From positions 105,648,001 through 105,712,000 of the forward strand of contig OX597817.1 in the NCBI GenBank assembly GCA_951406725.2: 64,000 nt of DNA. Direction: 5' to 3'. The stretch comes from Octopus vulgaris. Its lineage: Eukaryota. Shown piece by piece: positions 40,001-53,300 of this stretch. The position numbers and the translations under genes were made by a program. How positions within the stretch are numbered: position 1 is the first letter of the stretch; each line of letters starts with the position of its first letter. A model generated the notes under the pieces. It saw only the letters and a list, made by a program, of their open reading frames with translations, searched no databases and had not been told where the DNA came from.

Positions 40001-41285
40001 GTAACAATAATAAATTCAAATTATACTCTGCAATTTTTAGTTTTACTAATTTTGAATATATCGCTCCTGTTTAAAACCTTTTACCTATTTGACAATTGCA
40101 TTTCTAGTTCTGCTTTGAAGGAAGCTTTACTTCTTGGACTCACATTTTTGTGCACAACGATGTTGCTAAACCTCTGTTAACAACACTGTATGCAGGTCCT
40201 TTCCATTTTCTTTCACGCACAGGTAAATTTTTCACTATAGTCCTTAATGGTCATAAAGACACTGTATCACTGGATAGACTGAAAAAGGCCTTCATAGAGA
40301 AAATTGTCCCTGTTCCCATTGCAGATGATGCACACATAGCATTACAAACACGACCTGCACTTCCACTTTCACATTCTATGACTTTCATTGGGATCGACCA
40401 GGTACTGGACAAGGATTCTGGATTATTCTTCCGGTTTTTTTACTTAATTTTTGAGAGCGGTTGGGTTCATTTTTAGTATTCTTTTTTGTGAGAGCAGTTG
40501 AATTTATTTTAGATGTTCTCATTTTTGAAAAACATCTCCGTCTAATCGTTGAGGACATTGGTGTTGCCTTGGCAGAGGTTTGCACTCTCTGAGTGCTCTT
40601 GTTATTATTATTATTCAGTAGTCTTATTTTTGTTATGTGATTTCACTTCACTACCGAGCGCAGCTCTGTGTGCCTTGAGTATATGCTGTAGTTTGTTGTG
40701 TTGCTCTTATTTTTACTGTATTGAAAGTGTTTTACATAGGATGTGTGTGGTACCTAGTAGTACTATTTTCTGTATGTTATATATACTTGTTTGTCCTAGT
40801 GTTTCTGTTATGTATTTGTCTGAATATTTTTTTACCATACCTAATGCACCTACTATGATAGGAATTGTTTCTGTTTTTAGACCCCACATTCAAGTTACTT
40901 ATCATTACTATTGTTGTTGTTGTTATTGTTGTTGTTGTAATAAACAAAGAATTTAAATGGTTTATTTTTGTTTCAGTTTATGGTTGCAAAATAAATGTGT
41001 AAAACTGCTCCCTTCTAAAGGTTACACTGCTGCATTTGCCTTAAGGCAACGCATGTTGAACTTTGTCCAGAATTTAGAATACTATTTAATGGTAGAAGTT
41101 ATTGAACCAAATTGGCATATTTTTCTAAACAAGATGGAAACAGTAAATATTTTGCTTATTTGTCTTTATTTCTACTTTTTTTGTGCATTTTTTCTAAAAT
41201 TTTTTTATATCATGTATGTTATAAATAACAAAGGAGTGAAAATCATACACTACATCAGTGTGGTGTGTGTGTGTGTATGCGTGTA

Positions 41286-41325
<40 letters not shown>

Positions 41326-44300
41326 ATGGATAGTAAAATGAATGGTTTACACTTGGTAGCTTACTGGTAAAGCCCGGTCACTTTCACAGTGATTGTTAAG
41401 TATATAGCAAATGAAAGACAGAAGATGGAATATGTGAGAATTTATTATTAATCACGACAATTGTTTTGACACATCTAGCATTGATTTCTCAACAGCTGGT
41501 TCAGGAGCATCCAGTGGTGCAGATTTATCTTGTCGGGTGATAAATAAATACAACTCGTTAAAATGACTGTTCTACAATGTAATTTTCCATTTTGTAGAAA
41601 GAAAAATAGCCAGACGGAGGAAACATCTTCATTTATATAGAAGATCAAAATTAAAATCACAGATGGCAAAAAGAGAAACGAATATGCAATCCAGTGAGAA
41701 AAATACTAGAAATAACCGTTAATAGATGTGGCTGTATAAACATCCTCAGGCAAGCTGCATGGCGCGAGTACACTTGCTCATACAAGCATCTGGCTGCTTT
41801 TCTTTCTACAAAATGGAAAGTTACATTGCGGAACAGTAATTTTAACAAGTTGTATTTATTTATCATCCGACGAAATACATCTTCACCACTGGATGCTCCT
41901 GAACCAGTTGTTGAGTGTCCCACTCATGAGGAATTGATGTTAGATGTGTCGAAATAATTGTTGTGATTAATAATAAATTCTCATATATTCCATCTTCTAT
42001 CTTTCATTTGTCATATATATATAGTGCGTGTTTGTGTGTGTGTGTTTGTGTGTTTGTGTGTGTGTGTATGTATGTGTTATATATATATATATATAGTGTG
42101 TGTGTGTATATATATAAAAAATATATATATATACACACACAAACACATACATATATTTATTTGTATATTTATATATAAATATACAATTAAACCGAAAGAG
42201 ACCGATAGAATAAGTACTAGGCTTACAAAGAATAAGTCCTGGGGTCGATTTGCTTGACTAAAGGTGGTGCTCCAGCATGGCCACAGTCAAATGACTGAAA
42301 CAAGTAAAAGAGTAAAAGAACTAGTTAGATTGATAAATAGATAGAGCAGGGGAGAGAGAAAGAGGGATAGAGTGGACAAATAGCAATCATATTTAGCTGG
42401 TTCGTATTTTCTTTTCTCATGTATATAGCAGCTTACTGATGTATGAGTGGTAGCTAACTGATTACTTGCTGAAAAGAATTAATGTTGTGTAACATTTTTT
42501 CAAAGAAGTCACTTTTTGAAAATAACTATAAAATAATAATATTTTTATGTCAGTAAACTTGACATCATTCTTCAGAAAATTACTTTCACCATCCTAAAAC
42601 AGCATATATTGATCATTTTCAAAGTCTAAACAAAATATATTGACTCAAGCATGGCTGTGTGGTTAAGAAGTCTGCTTTGCAACTACAGGGGTTCAACAAA
42701 ATAAAGGAAACACCTTAAATTTCAAACAAATTAATTTTAATTTGGAGTAGGACTGCCTTTGGTAGTAATTACAGCTTGAATTCTACGAGATATGGAATCG
42801 TACAAAGTTTGAATTGTTTCCAAAGGAATTTTTGTTCATTCTTCAGCTAAAACAGTTTCCAGTTCTTGTAGTGATGATGGTGGAGGATATCAACTTCTTA
42901 CTTGTTTTTCTAAAATTCACCATAAACGTTCAATAATATTGAGATCTGGGGACTCTGGTGGCCAGATAAGATGTTCAGCTTCACTATAATGTTCCTCATG
43001 CCATTCAGTAACACCTCTAGCTGTGTGAATTGGTGCATTATCATCCTGAAAGGTTGCATTTCCCTCTGGAAACAGTTCCACAACCATAGGATGAATTTAA
43101 TCAGATAAAATGCTTAAATAGTCTTGACTATTAATTCTGCCATGATGGGAAACCATTGGGCTGGCAGATTTCCAAGATATAGCCCCCCCCCCCCCCAGAT
43201 CATCACAGATCCTCCTCCATGTTTAACAGTTGAAAGAAGGCAGTCTGGGTCAAATGATTCTTTTGGCTGTCTCTACACATATACTCGGTTGATGTTTAGA
43301 AATAGGGTAAAGGATGACTCATCCGAGGAATAACATTCTTCCACTGCTCTAGGGACCAATTCTGTTGGTTTTTACTCCACTCTAAACGCTCTGCAACATT
43401 TGATTTTGAAAGTAGTGGTTTTCTGATTGCAGCCATCCTGAGAAATCCGGCTTTGTGCAGCTCCTGGCAAACAGTCTTTGTGGAAACTGGGTTCTTGAGG
43501 TGGTCATTAAGCTCTGCAGTAATTTTGGGAGTTGTACTTTTGTGATCCTTTCTAACAATTCGCATAAGAGTCCAACAATCCCTATCTGAAAGTTTTGGTT
43601 TTCTTCCGGAGTTTTGTTTCGATGAGGAGGTTTTTCCCTCTTTCTCAAAGGCTGTGATTACTTTCGAGACAGTACTTATTGATACTCCAAACATTTCGGC
43701 TGTTTTCGTTATGCTAGTGCCTGCCATTCAAGCACTAACAGTTTGACCTCTTTGAAAGTCTGATAGATCTGTGATTTTAATGAATTTTAATTACCTTTTT
43801 CTGATGTTATCTGAAAAGAAACAGCAATTTTAGCAAATCATATTAAGCAACACTAATAATAAATCAAGAAAATATTAAAATAAACAAGCTTTCGACAGTT
43901 TTATAGGTATTTCAAAATTATGATGCTAGGTGTTTCCATAATTTTATCGAACCCCTGCATGTGGTTTCAATTTTGGGTCAACCAAGGTCTTGTGAGTGAA
44001 TTTAGTAGGTAAAAACTGTGAGGAAGCCTGTCATATATCTATGTATGTGTTTGTGTTCATTCCCTTCATCATCGCTTGACAACTGGTGTTATTTGTTTAT
44101 AACCCCCTCCCCCACTTAATTAGCAGCTTGGCAAAAGTGATCAATAAGATATCTGCCATCCTTAAAAATAAGTATTGAAGTCAATCTGTTCAATTGAAAC
44201 CTTTGAAGATGGTGCTCTAGCATGACTGCTGTCCAATGACTGAAATAAGTAAAAGATAAAAGATAATGTTACTAATTTTCTCTGAAAATTTTTAAAGGTT

Positions 44301-47300
44301 AGTGAAAAATTTACATTGCCCCTGTGCAAGGATGACATGCAAACCCATGAAGCGTTCCACATTTTTTCAACAGTGCTGCCCCAGCATGACCGCAGCCTTC
44401 AAGCTGAAACTAGTTAAAGAGTTGTATAAAAATATACTAAATACTTGAAAAAAATATACTAAATATGTCAGATGTTTTTTCTGTATTTGTACATGGCTAA
44501 GTGGTTAAGAAGTTAACTTTGCAATCATGAGGTTCTGAGTTTGATTTTAAGATGTCTGTGCTCTCCGAGTGCTTTTCTAGTTTATTCACATTGTTTTGAA
44601 TTTATCATACATTATCTTGTATCTTTGAAATTTCAATTATGTGGCTGTTTGTTTTTTGAATGATATTCTAGGTAGGTGTAAGAGGCTGGATCTTGCCAGT
44701 TTGAACATAAAATAGCTGGAATGTTGTGGTCATATATGGCCAGTTTAAGCACTAAAGGGGGTTAATAAACTTGAAATTGTAAATAGTAAAGTAAATTATA
44801 CTTATAGGTGCAGGTGTGCCTGTGTGGTAAGCAACTTCCTTCCCAACCACATTGTTCTGAGATCAGTCCCACTCCATGGCACCTGGGGCAAGTGTCCTCT
44901 ACTATATCCTCAGGTTGACCAGAGCCTTGTGAGTGGATTTGTTTGACGGAAACTGAAAGAAGCCCGTTGTAAATATGCAGTAATCCCTTGCCATATCACG
45001 GTTCACCTATGATGTTCTCAGTACATCGCAGTTCACCTACCATGCACTCAATACATTGCGGACTTTTCTGGCTAATATGTGTAAATTTATATTGCGGACT
45101 CCTCAGGTTTCTGCAGCCAATAGGTATTTATATTATTTTAGATTTTAATTATTTCTGTGGGAGGTTTTGGAATGTAACACTTGTGATAGTCAAGGGATTA
45201 CTGTGTGTGTGTGTGTGTGTGTCTGTCTGTGTTTGTCTTTCCATCACTGCTTGACAACCGGTTTTGATATGTTTATGTCCCATTAATTTAATGGTTCTGC
45301 AAAAGAGGGCAATAGAATAAATACTAAACTTAAAAACATAAGTACTGGGGTTGATTTGTTCAACTAAAATCCTTCAAGGTGGTGCTCCTGCATGGCTGCA
45401 GTCAAATGACTGAAGCAAATAAAAGAATAAAGGAATTTGTATTAGCAGTAATACTGTTAATTTTGCAATAAAATTGGGCACAGTAATGATATAAATGCAG
45501 AATGTGAATTAAAAAAAAATGTCCATCAAAGCTAATAACTTTTTATATACAGGCCACCAACATAGCCATAAAAATTGCCTTATCTAAAGAAATATAAACT
45601 TATGTAGAAACAATAGGACAATTATGCTATTTCTTTCAACAGAGATATGTTTTGTTTATACATTTGAAATTTCTAACCAGCATGAGAGCTTTCTCTATGG
45701 TTTTTTGACCTGCTAGAAATAGCATCTGAGTCTCCCTCAGATTACACTCTGTGCCTTAAAGATTGAACAAATTGTATATTGTAATCCTAGCCATGCGGTG
45801 TCTGATACAATGGGTTGGTCATTGTTGGAACGTCTTTGATTATAAGTCTGGTCAGCTCAAACAAGTCTGACCTGAAGCTAAATAACAACAGTAAATACTA
45901 AAGGAATGTCTCATTCAGAGCATCTTTGAATCTTTTAATCATGTATAACAAGACCTCTTGTTTGTTTTTTTTTTTTTCTTTTTCTGTAGACGTGTACATT
46001 ACTTCAGAGTTTTAACCAATACCACCTTCTGGTGTAAAACCTAATTGACATTAATTAGGTCAATTAGTCAAAGCTAAATTATATGGTAGACATGTTTTTA
46101 GTATTTAGTATTGTTCATGATATAAATAAAATATTGGCTTCTAATTTGGGCACAAGACCAGAAAGTTCGGGGGAGTGGGTAAGTCGATTACATCGACCCC
46201 AGTGCACAACTGGTACTTATTTTATTGACCCTGAAAGGGGTGAAAGGCAAAGTCAACCTCGGCAGAATTTGAGCCTGGAACATACAACTGGAAAAAATGC
46301 TGCTGAACATTTTGCCTGGTGTGCTAATGATTTTGCCAGTTTGCCACCTTATTGATATGAATAATTATTGAGGGTAATTTATATTAACAGTAGGAGGAAA
46401 ACCCAGATTTAAATAGATCCAGAATGCAAGTTCTTTCTGTGGTCTTCATAGCCAAGCAATATAGACTGCAGTTCAGGGAAATGAGATCAGCTGAAAATCT
46501 CACTTTCAATCCCCACAAGAGGTAGAATTTGAAAAACAGCTGGAGGACACTTAGGAGTCCTGACTTAAATGGGATCTGGCTTCTTAGAGGGTCAGGAACT
46601 AAGAAGCTTCATGAGAGTTCTTGTCGTGAAGATTTCTCCTGCTGTTTGCTTGCTTCAAAGTAAGTTTCCATTTTCTAAGACAGTGGTAATTTATATTATG
46701 GCAGGAAATGAGTGACTTCATTTACTGTTCTTAGCAAACCTAGTAAGATGACACTGTGTAAAAAAAACCTTAATTTTTTTCTTTGTTTCTGGTCAGTAAA
46801 TGTTATTTCCTATTTGCTTCTATCTAGAAATCAAAGGAAATTACTTCAATTCCCTTCAAACTTCGCTTTTGTGACCTGAACATCAATGTTTTGAAACTGG
46901 CCTATTTTCTATTACATTTCAGAGAGATTCAGCACCTGGTTGCTGAAGCAGAAATATTGTTACAGCATATATTCTGCTTAATACCACAGATTTGCTTGTC
47001 ATTTGCTTGGCTGTAGCCAGTTGAACATGTCCTTTAGTGGCTGACAATATGTGCATCTCTGATCATGAACAGAGGTTGCAGGAGCATCTTAGCCATGTGT
47101 TGAGAGAGATTCTTTTGAATGAATATTATAAAAGCAAAGTTTGAAGGAAATATTAGCCATTTTTCATAGTTTTAGGAGTAAGCAAATAGCAAATAACAAT
47201 CCACCCCCAGGATAAAAATCATTTTAACTGTGTAATCTGTATATTTGATATGTTTTTAATGATGCCCCTGTCAGTCACTTAAAGAAACCAATTATTAATT

Positions 47301-50300
47301 TGTTTTTTTCTTATGTTTTAGGTGTCAAATATTGACGATGTCCTTTTGCACCATGGGGACTTTTTACATAATTGTTTAAAGGAGGGTATGATGACAAATG
47401 TTGACCTACTGCGTATAATCCACAAGTTGATGGTAGTCTGTATCACATTCTGTAATCGTATTCGAGTAAGTTAACCAATTTTTGTTTCATTTTAAATTTA
47501 TTGCAAAAGTAGTTTCACAGAATTGGTGGAGTTCCAAACAAGATGTCTTCTGGTATTAAGTTGTGTATCTTTTTGTTCTGAGACAAAATCGTGAATCCTG
47601 TTGTTAATTTTGCTTTTCATCTTTTCAGATGTGATAAAATCACAAAGACTGGCCTTTCTCTTCATTATCAGAAAATACCTTGCTCTTTCCACCCTCAACA
47701 GTTATTTTCTACAAACCTCTGGTGAGACCCATAGTGAGGCATTTCTCTCACATTTGGGATGGTACTGCTGCTGCACACAGAGAAATCTTAGCCCACATCC
47801 AAAGAAAGGCACTCTATTCATTAAATCATTCACCAATGCACTTCAAACTCTGGCTCACAGATATGCTTTCTCTCTCCCTCTCTCTCTTTCTCTCTATCTC
47901 TGCCTTTACAACATCTACTACTGTAGTCTCTGCTCCTTGCAGTTGGCTGGTCTTATGTGTTCTGCACTCAAGCACTCTTGACTCATTCATTTCTCCTCTT
48001 GTTCCCATGTATGTCCACCACCAAACTCTTCAAGCTTGACATAAATCACTTTACCAACAATGTTAGTCCTCTGGATTTTTCTCTCTACCCATCTTTTATC
48101 CTTTACTGTCAGCTTGGTTCAAAAGGAACATTGATGGCATTAGTCTTGTCAGTCTCAGGGGATCTTTGAAGAGCATAGGCATAGCCCCTTTCTCCAGACT
48201 AAATCAATAATTTAAAAAAATATACTGGTTGAATAGTGGAGTTAATCTATGAACTCCCCAATTGTTTGTGACCATATACTGCTTGTAGAAATCAATATTA
48301 TTGCAAAATATTAATGAAGTAAATCTCTTTTTTACTAAATATTCAAGATTCTCTATTTTATGTAATGTTTAAAATTCGTTTACCTAAACTAAAAGAAGTT
48401 TGTCTAGAATTTTAACTCTTTATTCTAAATTTTTCATGCTTTTTTATCTATATGATGCAGGTTAACTAATTAAATGTTTGGTAATTAATTTCAAGCAGAG
48501 ACTAATCTTTTTCCAGTCTTCCTACTAAATTTCTGGAATTTTTTTCTGCTACAAATCAGTAACATCATTTTTGCATAATTAATTATTCCATTCATATTAC
48601 TTCTTCAGTGGCCCCCATAAATTTCTGTGACTCTTTCTTTCTGCATTCATTGAAAGCAAGTATTTCTACATTTAATACATTTGACACTGCATCCTTTAAG
48701 GCCCTCATGCTTTCCGAAATCCGCCGAAACTACACCTGATTATATATACACTTTAGATGAGTTGTAGTGCACCTGAGCACTGTACACAATTATTATTATT
48801 ATTATTCCTTGCAACTTGCCAACTTACTTTCATACAAACAATTTTCCAATACAAAGCACACCTTATACCTCTTCACATCCCAAAAACCTGCTTTCTGCTT
48901 CAGTGTATATTCTCTATGTTCTGAATTCAAATCTCACAGAGATCAACTTTACCTTTCATCTTCTTGGATAAAAATTCTCACTACAAAGCAGTGGATTGGC
49001 AGAACTGTAAGAGAGCCAGACTGGTTGCCTTGTGTTTATTCTGGTTCTTTGTGTTCTCAGTTCAAATCCCATCATGACCTACTTGATAGATTTAATCCAT
49101 CTCTTGGTCTGACATCACCAATGTTACATGCAGGACTCCAGTTTTACGATACCTTCTTCAGTCTTTGAAGGTCCTAAAAAAAACTGATGGGCACTGCCTT
49201 CCCTCTTGACTAGAAGATTAAAATGAATGTTTCAACTTGGTAAACTAGTTATATTTTCTATACAAACTTTTTTAGTTCCTCTTGTTTTCCAACACACAGC
49301 TCATCTACATTAGTTTTCCCTGTTACACTATTCCACCTCCATATCGCCTGGTGACAGGCTGATCTCAGCACACCAGTAAATGAATTGATGGTTTGAGCCA
49401 AGCAGGGAGCTTCAACCTGTGAGAAATAAAAAGTGAATCTCTTTGAAATCATATTCTGCGCTCTTAAAAAAAAAAAAGTAGGAAGGTGAATGCATTAATA
49501 CAATATGTCTGAAAAAGTAAATGGGATAGTCATGGCTGGAAAGGATGGACAGCCTTTGATAATAAGGTTGTCTTTCTCAAGGTCAGCCTGGAGTGAAATC
49601 ATAACTAATTAGTAGGTTGAAATGAAATGATTCTGCTCTGCACACAGAACATCTTGGGCTACATCTTCCAAAAAGCCATCCAATTGATGGGAATGGAGGT
49701 CACTCACCTACTCAACTTTCACTCCACAGATGTGCTGTCTTTTTACTCTGTCAGTTTTGGAATGGCCTCTTTTCCCTGGCATTAGCTTTTTGCTTACCAT
49801 CTCTACTCAACCCCCACCCATCACACACATTTTACCTTCTTGTAGCCACCCAGATTGTGTTCCATCATTCTAGGCCTCACAACTAACTACTTTTCCTAAT
49901 TCCACATCATCATCATCAATTCATTAAAAATTCTCTCCCTACCTGTGTTTTTCCTGTTGTCAGCTTGTTTTTATTTGAAATGAACATCACCCCAAATTAA
50001 TTTCACCAACCCTTAAAGGCCTGTAGAGATCCTGGCTTCACAATTTTCCTCCATTCTAGTGGAGTCTTCAAATTGAATTAAGTTTTTGCAGGAATTTTGA
50101 CTCTTTTTATAGTATTATTGAGTGTGTAGTGGTGGGGAGAGATATAAGATAGTACAAGAGGGTGATGAATGAGGAGAAAGTGAGAGAGAGCATGTGTGTG
50201 TATGTGTTTTTGTATCTGAATGAAGTGTTAAAGAATAAGAAGGAAAGGAAGAAAGGGAGAAAAAGAAGAAAAAATTTTCGTTGATCTCTTTACAGCTGGT

Positions 50301-53300
50301 CAGGTTGTCAATAATAATCAATTCTGCAATCAAATGACTGAAACTAGTAAAAGATAAAAGAAAATACATGTGAATAACAAAATTATAAATACTACCTTTT
50401 TCAAGATACCCAAGTATTAGTATGAGTTTTCTGAAGTTTTAAATTATATTTTTTTAAAAATCACAGTACACTTAGATACCCATTGTGATACACCAGTGGC
50501 ATACTGAGGACTGACTTGATTCAAATACACTGTTATAATGTTAAACAATGTGGGTGGTAATCTTGTTTTATTTTATTATCATTAATTTGCTCTTCAATTT
50601 TACTTTGAAATTTAGCGATTTAACGAATCTTTAGAAGGTCTTCCTGAAAGAAGTTGGTTGACTCTGACTAATTCCTTGCAAGCTACCAGCCCGGAGGATC
50701 CGAAAAAGAAGCAAATTTCTAAAAAGGTAATTGTGTTTCCTTTTCTTTTTAATATTGTCCATTATTCTTAGAAGATTGTTTGTTAGAAAGTGGAATTAAG
50801 TTAGCATGCTGCTAGAAAGAGGAGAAATCTGATATTTTGAACTTTGGAGTGAGCAATTACTACAACTAATGCCAAATAACATAGGGAATTGTATATGTAC
50901 TGAAGCATGAGAGTGGGAGATAAATAATTGGTTGCTGCTGTTATTATAGAAAGTGAAATTATAAATTCATCATCATCACTATCATCTTCATCATCATTTC
51001 ATGTCTGTTATCTATTCTGGCATGGGTTGGACAGTTTGATAGGAGCTGGCCAACTGAAGAGCTGCCTGGACTCCATGTCTGTTTTGGTAGGGTTTCTATG
51101 GCTGGGTGCCCTTCCTAATGCCAACCACTTTACTGAGTGTACTGGATGCTTTGATGCAGCATCGGCACTGGCATGGGTGCTATTTATGTGGTAACAGCAC
51201 CCACAAGCCTTGTAGATTAGGATCACTCAGCTGAAAAGGGATGTTGGGGACATGCCTATTTGCCAGGACAACCTGGTCTTCACAAGCACAACAAATGGCA
51301 AGAAGTCTTAGTCCCTTGTCACCTCCTCTGTAAGACTCAACATCTGAAGATTCTTTCTCACCACTTTATGCCACATCTTCCTGGGTCTACCCCTTCTGCA
51401 CATTCCTTCCACTATTAGGAGAGGAGAAACAAGTAGTGTCAGTGTTAAATGAAAAAGATGGTCAATGAGTGAAGAATTAGGATGGGAGAAATGAACTGAG
51501 TGAAGAACAAGTGAAAGAGGGGTGAAGGAGGAGGATGAAAGAAAAAGCAATATGGTAGGAATAATGTCAAAGAAGGCAGTAATATAATTTTTCAGAGTTT
51601 GGTAATATTGTTTACAGTCATGCAAATAATTATACACTGTGACAACTAATTTGTTGAACTTTTCCTATGTGTCCAAGTCAAATAGAATAAGAGGTATCCA
51701 TTAATATCTATGAGTGTGGAGATGTCTAAAGTAAAAATGAGGTTTGTTTGTTCCCTTGTGTTTTGTGAGTGCCACAAGAGTTGAAGTGCAAGGTGATTCC
51801 ACAGAAAGAGCTTCTGGTTTGGAAAGTGCTTGTGTATTATTTCAAGCATTGAAAAAGTGTTTGCACAGAAGTGATTGTCTAGATGGCAGCTGGTTTCTCT
51901 TATGTATTAGAGATTTATAGAGTTTACAAATGATGCAGTTGTTGTTCTGCATCAAGTCAGCCCTGATTGAGCAAATGACAGTAAAAGCATTCTAACCATG
52001 ACTGTCCAGTGTTCTTGTATACATAAGACTATATTATCTAATGTGTCCTTTGGCTGCTATTTCCAGCAGATCAAGCATGCACATGGAGATTTTTCTTCAT
52101 TGGCTGGAAGTGGTGCCATAAATTAGTTTAGCAGATCTGCAGTCAAAATGATTGGTGATTTGAGATTTAGTGTTAAAGTTGGTTCAGATAGTACTATTGT
52201 AGATGGCAGGACAAGTGTAGCTTGTGGAACAGAGACATTTAAAAGTGTGTCTTAAGGTGGAAAGGAGCTTCAAATTAAAAGTTTGAACAAGTTTTTTTGA
52301 AAGAGAAGAGGGACAGATTGTGGAAGATCGGTGCAGTTTGAGGGTTGAAAAAAATTAAGTGATACTTGTGAATGATAGTTTATTGAATTCTAGATCATCA
52401 ATCAACATTTAATGTCTGTTTTCCATGCTGGTTTGGGTTGGATTGTTTGACCTGAGATGGCAAGCCAGAGAGCTGCACCAGGTTGCAGTCAAGTTTGGCT
52501 TGGTTTCTACAGCTGGATGCCTGTCCTAACACCAATTGCTTTACAGTGTGTGCTGGGTACTTGTAATGTGGCACTGACACAGGACTCTCTTGCAGGCCAA
52601 TCCTTTTCACTGGGAGAGTGGCCTGAGCACTTCTGCTGTGGAGACCGGGTCTTCTTAAGTAGGATGGGTCTTCTTGAGTAGGATGGGTTTGTGTACAAAA
52701 TGAAGTAGGTGTGTATCCATAGCGAATGATCTTATTCTTGTGGTCATTGATATAATGATCATACTGTTCTGGGATGTACTGTTCTTATTCCATTCCATAA
52801 ACTTTTTGTTTATATTATTTGCCAATGTAGACATTCTCAAGATCTCTTAGATTCTGATTCATTATGTTTTTCTTGTACTACTGAAGAATGCTAGAATACC
52901 ATATTACTTGAAGCGAACATTTGACAAAAGTTTGATATTAGTTGCAACAATATTATATGTTTGTTTTTATTTTTTTTTATCCTTTTACTCATTAGGTTGT
53001 TGCTGAAGCTATGACTGATGAATCAACTGAACACCTTGGCACTGTGATATCAATGTTTGAAAGTAACTTCAACAAGTTGCTCATGGAATTATTAGAAAAA
53101 ATGGCTTATATGATCCATGGTAATGGTGAACAAGCACTACTTTGCAGGTCTGTACTATTTTGTAATTATATTTTCTTTTTGTATTGTTTGCTGTTTACTT
53201 AGCTACTTTTTCAAGAACTTGTAGGCTTAGTTTATAACTCTATTTGATTTTGATAACTATTCACCATAGTTTCTAAGCACATTAAGACAATGATAATTGT

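Noticed and set aside
44300-44367. Functional U6 gene
   Set aside because: The 5' stem is missing, the ACAGAGA box is degenerate, and upstream sequence is a SINE tail rather than a promoter.
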